39,231 bases of DNA from a virus: IMG/VR virus record IMGVR_UViG_3300045988_060233; one strand, 5' to 3'. The translations under genes and the position numbers were made by a program. The notes below the pieces were generated by a model. It was not told the DNA's origin, did no database searches, and saw only the letters and a list, made by a program, of their open reading frames with translations. Positions 7,013 to 14,405 of this stretch are shown here, piece by piece (the first letter of the stretch is position 1; each line of letters starts with the position of its first letter).

Positions 7013-8818
7013 ATGACAGATGCCGAGCTTGCAAAGCTGGAACAGCGAATCGCAAAGCTGTACAAAGAAGCTGCTGATGAATTGACCGACACGGTGAAAG
7101 CCTATTTTGAGCAGTTCGAGAAGCGTGATGCAGCCATGAAAGAAAAGCTGGATGCAGGCGAAATCACCGAACAGCAGTACAAGCAATGGCGGCTTGCGCA
7201 GATGGGGCGAGGCAAGCGTTTTGCGGCGCTGCGGGACAAGGTGGCAGAAAGATACACTGATGCCAATGCAACGGCTGTGGCATACGTCAATGACGCCACG
7301 CCGGGCATTTACAGTTTGAACCGCAATTACTCTGCTTACAAAATAGAGCAGGTCTCCGACAAAGCAGATTTTACGCTGTGGGATGAGCAGACAGTGAAAC
7401 GTCTGATTGTGGAACAGCCTGACCTTATGCCGTACTACCCGCCAAAGCGTGCATTGCAGCGCGGCATTGATTTGAAGTACGGAAAGCAGCAAATCACAGC
7501 CAGCGTCACAAGCTCCATCCTGCAAGGCAAAAGCATATCGAAAATCGCTAACGACCTGCAAGGCCGTATGCAGAACATGAACCGCACGAGCGCTATCAGA
7601 ACGGCCAGAACGGCGGTCACAGGGGCGCAAAATGCGGGGCGGCTAGATACTTACAGCGCAGCGCGGGACATGGGCATCAAGCTCAAAAAGCGTTGGCTTG
7701 CCACTCTGGACGGCAGAACCAGACATGAGCACAGAATCTTGGATGGGCAGACAGTAGACATTGACAAACCGTTTACCGTTGACGGTTACGAGCTTATGTA
7801 TCCGGGAGACAGTTCCGCACCGGGTTATCTTGTGTATAACTGCCGATGCACCCAAATTGCAGAGGTTGACGGAGAAGACACTAGCAGCGGCGGCAGACGC
7901 GCTATTGACCCCAAAACAGGGAAATCTGTTCTTGTGGGAGATATAACCTATGCAGAGTGGGCGGGGTGGAAAAAAGAAGAAAAAGCGCAGGAAAACATTG
8001 ACCTACGAGGAAGAAAATCCATTTGGAGTGCTTGGGACGACTACAGAAAACGCTTTGTCGGTCACGGTGTGGAGGTTAAAGCACAAGACATTGAAAATAA
8101 TACACTTCTTGATACCGTCAAAATTTCCAAACTTGACAAAAATGTTTCTGCTAGCATTGTAGACGCGATTGACGGCCTTGGAAACCGATATTATTCTCCG
8201 CTTACAAAGCTTACCGTAATGGACAAAACCGACAGTTTGCTTTCACACGCCTTTGCCGTTGTAAATCATCAATGGGGGCTGGGAAGCGCGGAAATGAGAA
8301 TAAACCCGCTGAAAGTAACAGATTCTGGTAGGAAACATATTTTTGACCTTTCGCAAAAAGGGTATTGTGTTAAATTTGCGGCGGGAGATGAAATAAAATA
8401 TGTTATTACGCACGAATATGGACACAGCTTGTTAAATATCGGAGAAAAATTGCCCGGAAAAGCGCAAAATTTTGCACTTGTTGATTTTACGGCAGTTAAA
8501 AAGGCGAGAAAAGAAATCGAACCTATTTGGGACGAATACTGTAACACAGTGCAAGCAGCGAAAGACAACTATGACAAAATCCGTAAACCGATTGAAACCA
8601 AAATGATTTTTGGAACAGGTGAAGTGACGGACGCAGACAGAGAAGCAATTGCGACAGCAAAAAAGAAATACGACAGCATTAAAATCAGTGATTACTCTCT
8701 GACAAATGCGGATGAATTTGTTGCAGAATGCTTTGCCGATGCGGAAGTTGGCACAAATCCGAGCGAATATTCTTTGGCGGTTTCCAATATAATAAAAAAA
8801 TATTTCGGAAAGGCGTAA
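7013..8818 (+). CDS. Head morphogenesis protein (SPP1 gp7 / Mu F family) fused to a C-terminal HExxH...E metallopeptidase-like domain
   Basis: MuF motif LDGRTRHEHRILDGQ...YNCRC. C-terminal HEYGH (8411-8425) and NADEFVAECFA (8705-8737) resemble anthrax LF-type zinc sites. ATG 7013 chosen over TTG 6926. Confidence 0.7.
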   Translation: MTDAELAKLEQRIAKLYKEAADELTDTVKAYFEQFEKRDAAMKEKLDAGEITEQQYKQWRLAQMGRGKRFAALRDKVAERYTDANATAVAYVNDATPGIYSLNRNYSAYKIEQVSDKADFTLWDEQTVKRLIVEQPDLMPYYPPKRALQRGIDLKYGKQQITASVTSSILQGKSISKIANDLQGRMQNMNRTSAIRTARTAVTGAQNAGRLDTYSAARDMGIKLKKRWLATLDGRTRHEHRILDGQTVDIDKPFTVDGYELMYPGDSSAPGYLVYNCRCTQIAEVDGEDTSSGGRRAIDPKTGKSVLVGDITYAEWAGWKKEEKAQENIDLRGRKSIWSAWDDYRKRFVGHGVEVKAQDIENNTLLDTVKISKLDKNVSASIVDAIDGLGNRYYSPLTKLTVMDKTDSLLSHAFAVVNHQWGLGSAEMRINPLKVTDSGRKHIFDLSQKGYCVKFAAGDEIKYVITHEYGHSLLNIGEKLPGKAQNFALVDFTAVKKARKEIEPIWDEYCNTVQAAKDNYDKIRKPIETKMIFGTGEVTDADREAIATAKKKYDSIKISDYSLTNADEFVAECFADAEVGTNPSEYSLAVSNIIKKYFGKA

Positions 8819-8819
8819 T

Positions 8820-8966
8820 ATGTTCCAAGATATGCCCTATTTTATGGAAAATGAAGAATGGTTCAGGTTTGACGCATCTGTCAAAAAGTATGTACTGACA
8901 AGTGACGCACCACCCAAAGCAAAGGAATCCTATGAGTCGTTTTACAAAGCACTTGAAGAGGATTAA
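8820..8966 (+). CDS. Small conserved-looking phage protein (48 aa, not in ORF track)
   Basis: ATG 2 nt after the MuF stop. MFQDMPYFMENEEWFRFD...LTSDAPPKAKESYESFY. Confidence 0.45.
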   Translation: MFQDMPYFMENEEWFRFDASVKKYVLTSDAPPKAKESYESFYKALEED

Positions 8967-8972
8967 CGTGCA

Positions 8973-9374
8973 ATGAAAATCACACTTGAAGACCATAGCG
9001 CCGAGGTGCTAGAAGCGCTTGATGCTGCTGTTGGAAGAGCACTCGAAAAATGCGGGCTTGTAGCAGAGGGATACGCTAAAAAGCTATGCCCTGTTGATAC
9101 AGGCAACCTACGAAACAGCATTACACACACTGTGACAGACAACGGCGAACGCGCCGCATATGTCGGCACAAACAGCAAATATGGCGTGTACGTTGAGTGT
9201 GGTACTGGAACATATTACCCGGGTGGCAGAAAAACGCCGTGGTTATATCGAGACGCTAAAGGCAATGTACATTTAACGCATGGACAACGTGCACAGCCAT
9301 TTATCAAACCATCTGTTGCCGAGCACGGCGACCAGTACAAAAGAATAATCAAAGCAGAGCTGAAAGGCGGTTGA
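8973..9374 (+). CDS. HK97 gp10-family head-tail joining protein
   Basis: AKKLCPVDTGNLRNSI...YGVYVECGTG matches the gp10-family core pattern. Confidence 0.65.
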   Translation: MKITLEDHSAEVLEALDAAVGRALEKCGLVAEGYAKKLCPVDTGNLRNSITHTVTDNGERAAYVGTNSKYGVYVECGTGTYYPGGRKTPWLYRDAKGNVHLTHGQRAQPFIKPSVAEHGDQYKRIIKAELKGG

Positions 9375-9408
9375 CGCTTTCCGGCTCTTTTTATTGGGAG
9401 TAAAGCAC

Positions 9409-9792
9409 ATGAAAAAAATTCTTTACATCGCAATCGCAGTTATGGCCTCGGCCCTGCTTTTGTGCGGCTGCTCCGAAGCCGATAAAGCAAACGCCAATAT
9501 TTCTAAACAGGCCGATTACTTTGAAAGCGAACGAAAAATCACCGTTTACAACGCCAGAACAGACAAGGTAATTATGGAAGCAGAGGGATACATGTCTATC
9601 TCCAACAATTCCAGCAACGAGCTTGTCTGTACGGTAAAGATTGGCCCCGATACTTACAGAAAGAATTACATCTACCTAAACAGCTACACGATGTATGTTG
9701 TCGAGGATATTACAGGAACACACACAGACCCGTACCATTACAAACTGTATTTCCACACAGATGTGCTTCCCAGCGTTGAGGCGAAACCGTAA
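9409..9792 (+). CDS. Lipoprotein (signal peptide + lipobox LLCGC)
   Basis: MKKILYIAIAVMASALLLCGCSE. GGGAG upstream. Followed by two hairpins. Confidence 0.65.
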   Translation: MKKILYIAIAVMASALLLCGCSEADKANANISKQADYFESERKITVYNARTDKVIMEAEGYMSISNNSSNELVCTVKIGPDTYRKNYIYLNSYTMYVVEDITGTHTDPYHYKLYFHTDVLPSVEAKP

Positions 9793-9806
9793 AAACAAGT
9801 TCATTT

Positions 9807-9844
9807 AGCAACTACCGAGACTTTCTCGTCGGTTGCTATTTTTA
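9807..9844 (+). terminator. Intrinsic terminator after the lipoprotein gene
   Basis: AGCAAC...GTTGCT stem with inner CGAGA/TCTCG, then ATTTTTA. Second hairpin AAAACAGC/GCTGTTTT at 9851-9874. Confidence 0.5.
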
Positions 9845-9930
9845 TACGCAAAAACAGCGAAGCACTGCTGTTTTGAATAAATAATCTCAAATGACGAAGA
9901 ACCGTCACAGAAGAAAAGGAGAGAATCCAC

Positions 9931-10569
9931 ATGGCAAAATTTACACGCGCTGAAATCCGTAAAATCATTGGCGAAAGCTGCACTGACGAAATTGAAAATC
10001 AGCTGGTGGCGCTCCATCTTGGCGTTGTTGACCCGCTGAAGGACGACGTCACGCGGTATAAAGCCGATGCAGAAAAGCTGCCGGGCGTTCAGAAGGAGTT
10101 GGACGACCTGAAAGCGCAGGGCGACGGCGGCTACAAGGCTAAGTATGAAGCAGAGCACAAGGCTTTTGGGGACTACAAGGCCAACGTAGACGCTGAGAAA
10201 ACAACGGCTGCCAAAGAAAAGGCGCTGTCAGACGTCCTGCTGAAAATCGGCATTTCTGAAAAACGGATTTCCTCTGTCGCACGCCTTGCAAAGGGAGACG
10301 GCCTGCTTGACAAACTGGAATTGGATGACAAGGGCGCTATCAAAGACGCAGCTGCACTTGAAAAGAGCCTCAAGACCGATTATGGCGAGTACATCACCAA
10401 GAGCAGCACCAAAGGCGCAGACACGTCTACTCCCCCTGCCAACAATGGCGGCAAGGCCCTGACGCGGGAGGACATCTACAAGACGGACGATAAGGGTCGT
10501 TATGTACTGTCCACCTCCGAGCGGCAGGCGGCGCTTGTGAACCTCATGCAAAACGAATCTGACGATTAA
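9931..10569 (+). CDS. Scaffolding protein (GP20-like)
   Basis: Charged coiled-coil protein directly upstream of the capsid gene. ...LLDKLELDDKGAIKD...LK pattern. Confidence 0.7.
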   Translation: MAKFTRAEIRKIIGESCTDEIENQLVALHLGVVDPLKDDVTRYKADAEKLPGVQKELDDLKAQGDGGYKAKYEAEHKAFGDYKANVDAEKTTAAKEKALSDVLLKIGISEKRISSVARLAKGDGLLDKLELDDKGAIKDAAALEKSLKTDYGEYITKSSTKGADTSTPPANNGGKALTREDIYKTDDKGRYVLSTSERQAALVNLMQNESDD

Positions 10570-10586
10570 CAGAAAGGAGCCAAAAT

Positions 10587-11519
10587 ATGGCTGCAAAAAC
10601 TAACCTGACTACCGCCGCCCAGATTACTGTCAATGCCCGCGAGGTTGACTTTGTCACCCGCTTTGGCAAGAACTGGGACGCGCTGCGCACCATCATGGGC
10701 ATTATGCGCCCCATCCGCAAGGCCCCCGGCACGAAGCTGGTCTCCTATGAGGCCGCTGTTGACGGCACTCTGGCTGGCGGTACGTCCGTTGCCGAAGGCG
10801 ATGAGATTCCGCTGACCAAGATGAAGGTCGAGCCCAAAACCTACGGCGACATTGAGATTGCCAAGTATGCTAAGAGCGTATCCGTTGAGGCAGTCGCCAA
10901 GTACGGCGCAGATGTTGCCGTTGAAAAGACCGACGAGGCGTTCCTTGTCGCCCTGCAGAACAAGGTTCTGGGTGACTTCTACACCTTCCTGAACACTGGC
11001 TCTCTGGCTGTAGCTGCTACCACTTGGCAGCAGGGCCTTGCTCTGGCAAAGGGCAACGTGCTGGACAAGTTCGCCAGCATGGACCGTGATGTTACCGAGG
11101 TTGTCGGCTTTGCCAACATTCTGGACTTCTACGGCTATCTGGGCGACAAGGAAATCACCACGCAGACCGCCTTCGGCCTGACCTATGTTCAGAATTTCAT
11201 GGGCTACTCTACCCTGTTCCTGCTGCCAGAAAAGTACATTGCAAAGAACAAGGTTATCGCCGTGCCTGTTGAGAATATCGACCTGTATTACATCGACCCC
11301 GCCGACAGCGATTTCGCCAAGCTGGGCCTGAACTATACCGTCGAGGGCGAAACAAACCTGATTGGTGTGCATGTTGACGGCGACTACAGCCGCGCAACTG
11401 GCGATATGTACGCTCTGATGGGCATGAAGCTGTGGGCAGAGTACCTGGACGGCATCGCTGTTGCCACCATTACGCCCGCAGAAACCCGGAGCGCAAAAAC
11501 TGCCAAGGCAGCACAGTAA
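10587..11519 (+). CDS. Major capsid protein
   Basis: 310 aa, AAGGAG SD, follows the scaffold gene. Confidence 0.8.
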   Translation: MAAKTNLTTAAQITVNAREVDFVTRFGKNWDALRTIMGIMRPIRKAPGTKLVSYEAAVDGTLAGGTSVAEGDEIPLTKMKVEPKTYGDIEIAKYAKSVSVEAVAKYGADVAVEKTDEAFLVALQNKVLGDFYTFLNTGSLAVAATTWQQGLALAKGNVLDKFASMDRDVTEVVGFANILDFYGYLGDKEITTQTAFGLTYVQNFMGYSTLFLLPEKYIAKNKVIAVPVENIDLYYIDPADSDFAKLGLNYTVEGETNLIGVHVDGDYSRATGDMYALMGMKLWAEYLDGIAVATITPAETRSAKTAKAAQ

Positions 11520-11534
11520 AAAAGAGGGAGTGCA

Positions 11535-11960
11535 ATGCTTGAAGAATTGATGAGGGAGTGCCGGAACTGGTTTGTCACATCGAATGGCGTCCATCTGGGC
11601 GAGTTCAGCATCAAGGGCGGGAGCATTGCGCTCCCTTTTTTGCGTGCCGGACAGTATTTCCGCATTGTGGGCAGCGTTCTGAACGATGGTGTGTATCAAT
11701 ACGGCAACTGCTCGTTGAGGGATGAAACCTTTGACGGGGCTATCTGGGCCATGGCCGTGCCTTCCGAATTTCTGCGCCTTGAAGAAGAAATCAAGGCATG
11801 GCGCACGCAGTACGAGAACGCCGCAAATAGCCCATTTCAAAGCGAGAGCTTTGCGGGGTATAGTTACACCAAATCGAGCGCGAACGGCAATTCTGGCGGC
11901 TCTGTGACGAGCTGGCAGGGCGTGTTTGCTTCTCGGCTGAACAAATGGAGAAAGCTATGA
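11535..11960 (+). CDS. Hypothetical head-tail connector-region protein
   Basis: Position only. GAGGGAG SD. Confidence 0.5.
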   Translation: MLEELMRECRNWFVTSNGVHLGEFSIKGGSIALPFLRAGQYFRIVGSVLNDGVYQYGNCSLRDETFDGAIWAMAVPSEFLRLEEEIKAWRTQYENAANSPFQSESFAGYSYTKSSANGNSGGSVTSWQGVFASRLNKWRKL

Positions 11961-12322
11961 GCCTTTTAGATGATTTTTCGCATAGCTGCATCATCATGGA
12001 CAAGCTGACAAAGCCTGACGGAGAAGGCGGCTATGCTACCGAGTGGAGAGAGGGCGCAGAGTTTGCGAATTATGTTGCACTGGACAGCAGCCTTGAAGCA
12101 CGGCAGGCCGAAGCGCAGGGCGTGACCAGCGTATATACCGGAATTGTGCGTAAAGATGTGCCTATTGAGTACGGCAGCGTGTACAAGGACTTGACTACTG
12201 GGGCATATTTCCGGGTCACAAGCCGCCCGGAAGAAAAGCAAGCCCCTGCAAGCGCTTCCACTATGCTGAACGGCCTAAAAAGTTTTACGGCTGAAAGACT
12301 GCGGGAGGGATTGCCTACATGA
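11957..12322 (+). CDS. Putative head-closure / head-tail adaptor protein
   Basis: ATGA coupling at 11957. Size and position typical of this role. Confidence 0.45.
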   Translation: MSLLDDFSHSCIIMDKLTKPDGEGGYATEWREGAEFANYVALDSSLEARQAEAQGVTSVYTGIVRKDVPIEYGSVYKDLTTGAYFRVTSRPEEKQAPASASTMLNGLKSFTAERLREGLPT

Positions 12323-12687
12323 CAAAGGGCGCTGCATTACAGCAGTTTTTCGGGCAATTTATGACCGCATACCCCAGCAACGCCGTGCCGAAAGACGCGG
12401 TGCTCCCATACCTGACATATGATGCCGTGTTTGACGCATGGGGCGGCGGGGCGGTATCGCTGACGGTCAACATGTGGTTCCATACCACGAGCGAAGCAGT
12501 GCCCAATGCAAAGGCGCTTGAGCTTTCTGACGCGCTGGGCATTGGCGGCGTGACGCTGCCGGTAGATGGCGGCTTGATTTGGTTAAAACGCGGCTCCCCG
12601 TTCTGCCAATCGCTAGCAGATGACACAGACAAAAACCTAAAACGGCGGTACATCAACGTGACCGCCGAATTTTTATGCCCAAATTGA
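12319..12687 (+). CDS. Putative neck / tail-completion protein
   Basis: Position upstream of the major tail protein. ATGA coupling. Confidence 0.45.
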   Translation: MTKGAALQQFFGQFMTAYPSNAVPKDAVLPYLTYDAVFDAWGGGAVSLTVNMWFHTTSEAVPNAKALELSDALGIGGVTLPVDGGLIWLKRGSPFCQSLADDTDKNLKRRYINVTAEFLCPN

Positions 12688-12696
12688 GGTGAAAGC

Positions 12697-13290
12697 ATGA
12701 AATTTACTCGTATTCCTGAATCTGCGTTTAAGGAACTTGTCCTGAACGCGGGCTATCTTGCAACTACGTTTGACCCGACTGCCGGTACTGCGCCGGAAGA
12801 AAGTGCGCTGCTGGGCGCCACAACTGGCGGCATCAACTTTACGGCTGTGCCCAGCTTTACCGACTTCGGCGAGGACATCGACAACTGTCCCAAGAACATG
12901 AAAGAGCTGAAGCAGATTGAATCTTGGGAAGTCAAGTGCAGTGGCACTTATGTTTCGGCATCGGCAGAAAATGCCAAAAGCATGCTTGGCGCTGCGGATG
13001 TTACGACTACTTCCAAGGTTTCCAAAATTACGCCGCGCAATGATTTGAAAGACAGCGACTTTACCGATTTGTGGCTGCTGTGCGATTACTCTGACAAGCA
13101 CGGCACTACGAACGGCGGTTTCTGCGCCATTCACATGATGAATACGCTGTCTACCGGCGGTTTCAGCTTGCAGACGGGCGACAAGGAAAAAGGCCAGATG
13201 AGCTTTGAATACACGGCGCACTACTCCATTACCGCGCAGGACACTGTGCCGTGTGAGGTTTATATCAAGGCCGGAGAGGATGAAGCATAA
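12697..13290 (+). CDS. Major tail protein
   Basis: 197 aa, GAGGTGA SD, immediately upstream of the chaperone pair and tape measure gene. Confidence 0.7.
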   Translation: MKFTRIPESAFKELVLNAGYLATTFDPTAGTAPEESALLGATTGGINFTAVPSFTDFGEDIDNCPKNMKELKQIESWEVKCSGTYVSASAENAKSMLGAADVTTTSKVSKITPRNDLKDSDFTDLWLLCDYSDKHGTTNGGFCAIHMMNTLSTGGFSLQTGDKEKGQMSFEYTAHYSITAQDTVPCEVYIKAGEDEA

Positions 13291-13661
13291 TGCGGATTTT
13301 TTCTGAACTTAGCACTGACGAAGCGCTGGAAGTCGTTTTGCAAATCGCGCAGCCCATCACAAACCTGATCGATGATGAAGCGCTTGTGAAAGAGATGCAG
13401 AAAGCTATGCCGAAGGGCGAAACGACCCGTATTGCAATGCAGCGTTTTGGCCTTGCGAAAATTGTTAAGCTGCTGAACATTGCGTTGAAGCAGCACCGCG
13501 AGGATGTGTACGCAATCCTTGCCCCGTTCAACGGTCTGACGCTGGAAGAAATCGGCAAACAGAATTTCCTTATCACCTGCAAACAAGTTTACGACCTTGT
13601 GAACGATAAAGGTTTTGTTGATTTTTTCAAATCGTATCTCGGTGGCGGGCAGAACAAGTAA
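13290..13661 (+). CDS. Tail assembly chaperone (G-like)
   Basis: TAATG coupling. Position. Slippery site near the 3' end. Confidence 0.7.
   Translation: MRIFSELSTDEALEVVLQIAQPITNLIDDEALVKEMQKAMPKGETTRIAMQRFGLAKIVKLLNIALKQHREDVYAILAPFNGLTLEEIGKQNFLITCKQVYDLVNDKGFVDFFKSYLGGGQNK
13622..13628 (+). promoter_or_regulatory. -1 programmed frameshift slippery heptamer T_TTT_TTC
   Basis: X_XXY_YYZ in the G frame. The -1 frame is closed by TGA at 13619-13621 and is open from 13622 to 13954. Confidence 0.65.
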
Positions 13662-13954
13662 TCCCTGTACTGCTGAAAATGCCGAAACTGAGCGCAAAGG
13701 CGCTTGTGTCGGCGCTGCCTTACGCTTTAAAAGCTGATTTTGAAGAACAGTTGTACAAGGTGTACATGACTGACAGTGCGTGGAGCCTTGTAGTAGCTGT
13801 GACAGGCGTAAAGGACAGGCCAGCGAGATATATTGATATCATCCACCCGCACAAAGTAGATACGCGGACACCAGAACAGGTGCAGGCGGATTTCAAAGAT
13901 TTTGCGGCGCGGCATGGATTGAAAGAAGCAGAGAAAAAAGCCGCCCAAACATAG
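13628..13954 (+). CDS. Tail assembly chaperone T-extension (expressed as a G-T fusion by -1 frameshift)
   Basis: Frame -1 relative to G. No SD before the in-track ATG 13679. Confidence 0.6.
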   Translation, partial: QIVSRWRAEQVIPVLLKMPKLSAKALVSALPYALKADFEEQLYKVYMTDSAWSLVVAVTGVKDRPARYIDIIHPHKVDTRTPEQVQADFKDFAARHGLKEAEKKAAQT

Positions 13955-13960
13955 GGCGGC
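13934..13960 (-). terminator. Intrinsic terminator of the antisense moron
   Basis: GCCGCCC/GGGCGGC stem with 7-nt loop. A6 at 13934-13939 gives a U-run on the minus strand only. Confidence 0.6.
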
Positions 13961-13965
13961 TAAAC

Positions 13966-14340
13966 TTAGAAACAATTTTTGATAATGGCTTTATAAGTCG
14001 GCTCGTCAACTTCCAACAGGAAGCGCTTGCCGCTGTAACGCCATTGCGGGTCATCTATAAGCTGTATAACAACCTGATAAACGCCTTTTTGCTTGGCAGT
14101 CATTGCACCGGCAACCATGCCAGCACCACCAAACAAAGCACCGCCGACCATGCCGCGCATAACGCCGGAAGCCATAGATGTTTTGTGAGTTTCATCTACC
14201 ACAGAGTAACCGGCAACAGTACGGCTGTTTAGTTCAAGTGCTGATAGACCACCAACGTCCATAGAGACTTTGCCAAATGAAACAGACACCTTTTTGCCCA
14301 TAAAATCACCGGCGATTACTGCATTTTTTGCTTTTGCCAT
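13966..14340 (-). CDS. Glycine-zipper membrane-associated protein (124 aa), antisense moron in the tail operon
   Basis: AGGAGG (14349-14354) 8 nt upstream of ATG 14340. GVMRGMVGGALFGGAGMVAGAM glycine-zipper segment. Confidence 0.7.
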   Translation of the reverse strand: MAKAKNAVIAGDFMGKKVSVSFGKVSMDVGGLSALELNSRTVAGYSVVDETHKTSMASGVMRGMVGGALFGGAGMVAGAMTAKQKGVYQVVIQLIDDPQWRYSGKRFLLEVDEPTYKAIIKNCF

Positions 14341-14361
14341 AAAAAACACCTCCTATTGCTT

Positions 14362-14390
14362 AGAATACAGCAGATAAAGCAGAAATTCAA
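14362..14390 (-). promoter_or_regulatory. Candidate sigma-70-type promoter for the antisense moron
   Basis: Minus strand TTGAAT-N17-TATTCT. The leader would be very short. Confidence 0.35.
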
Positions 14391-14405
14391 GAAGGGAGTG
14401 ATAGA

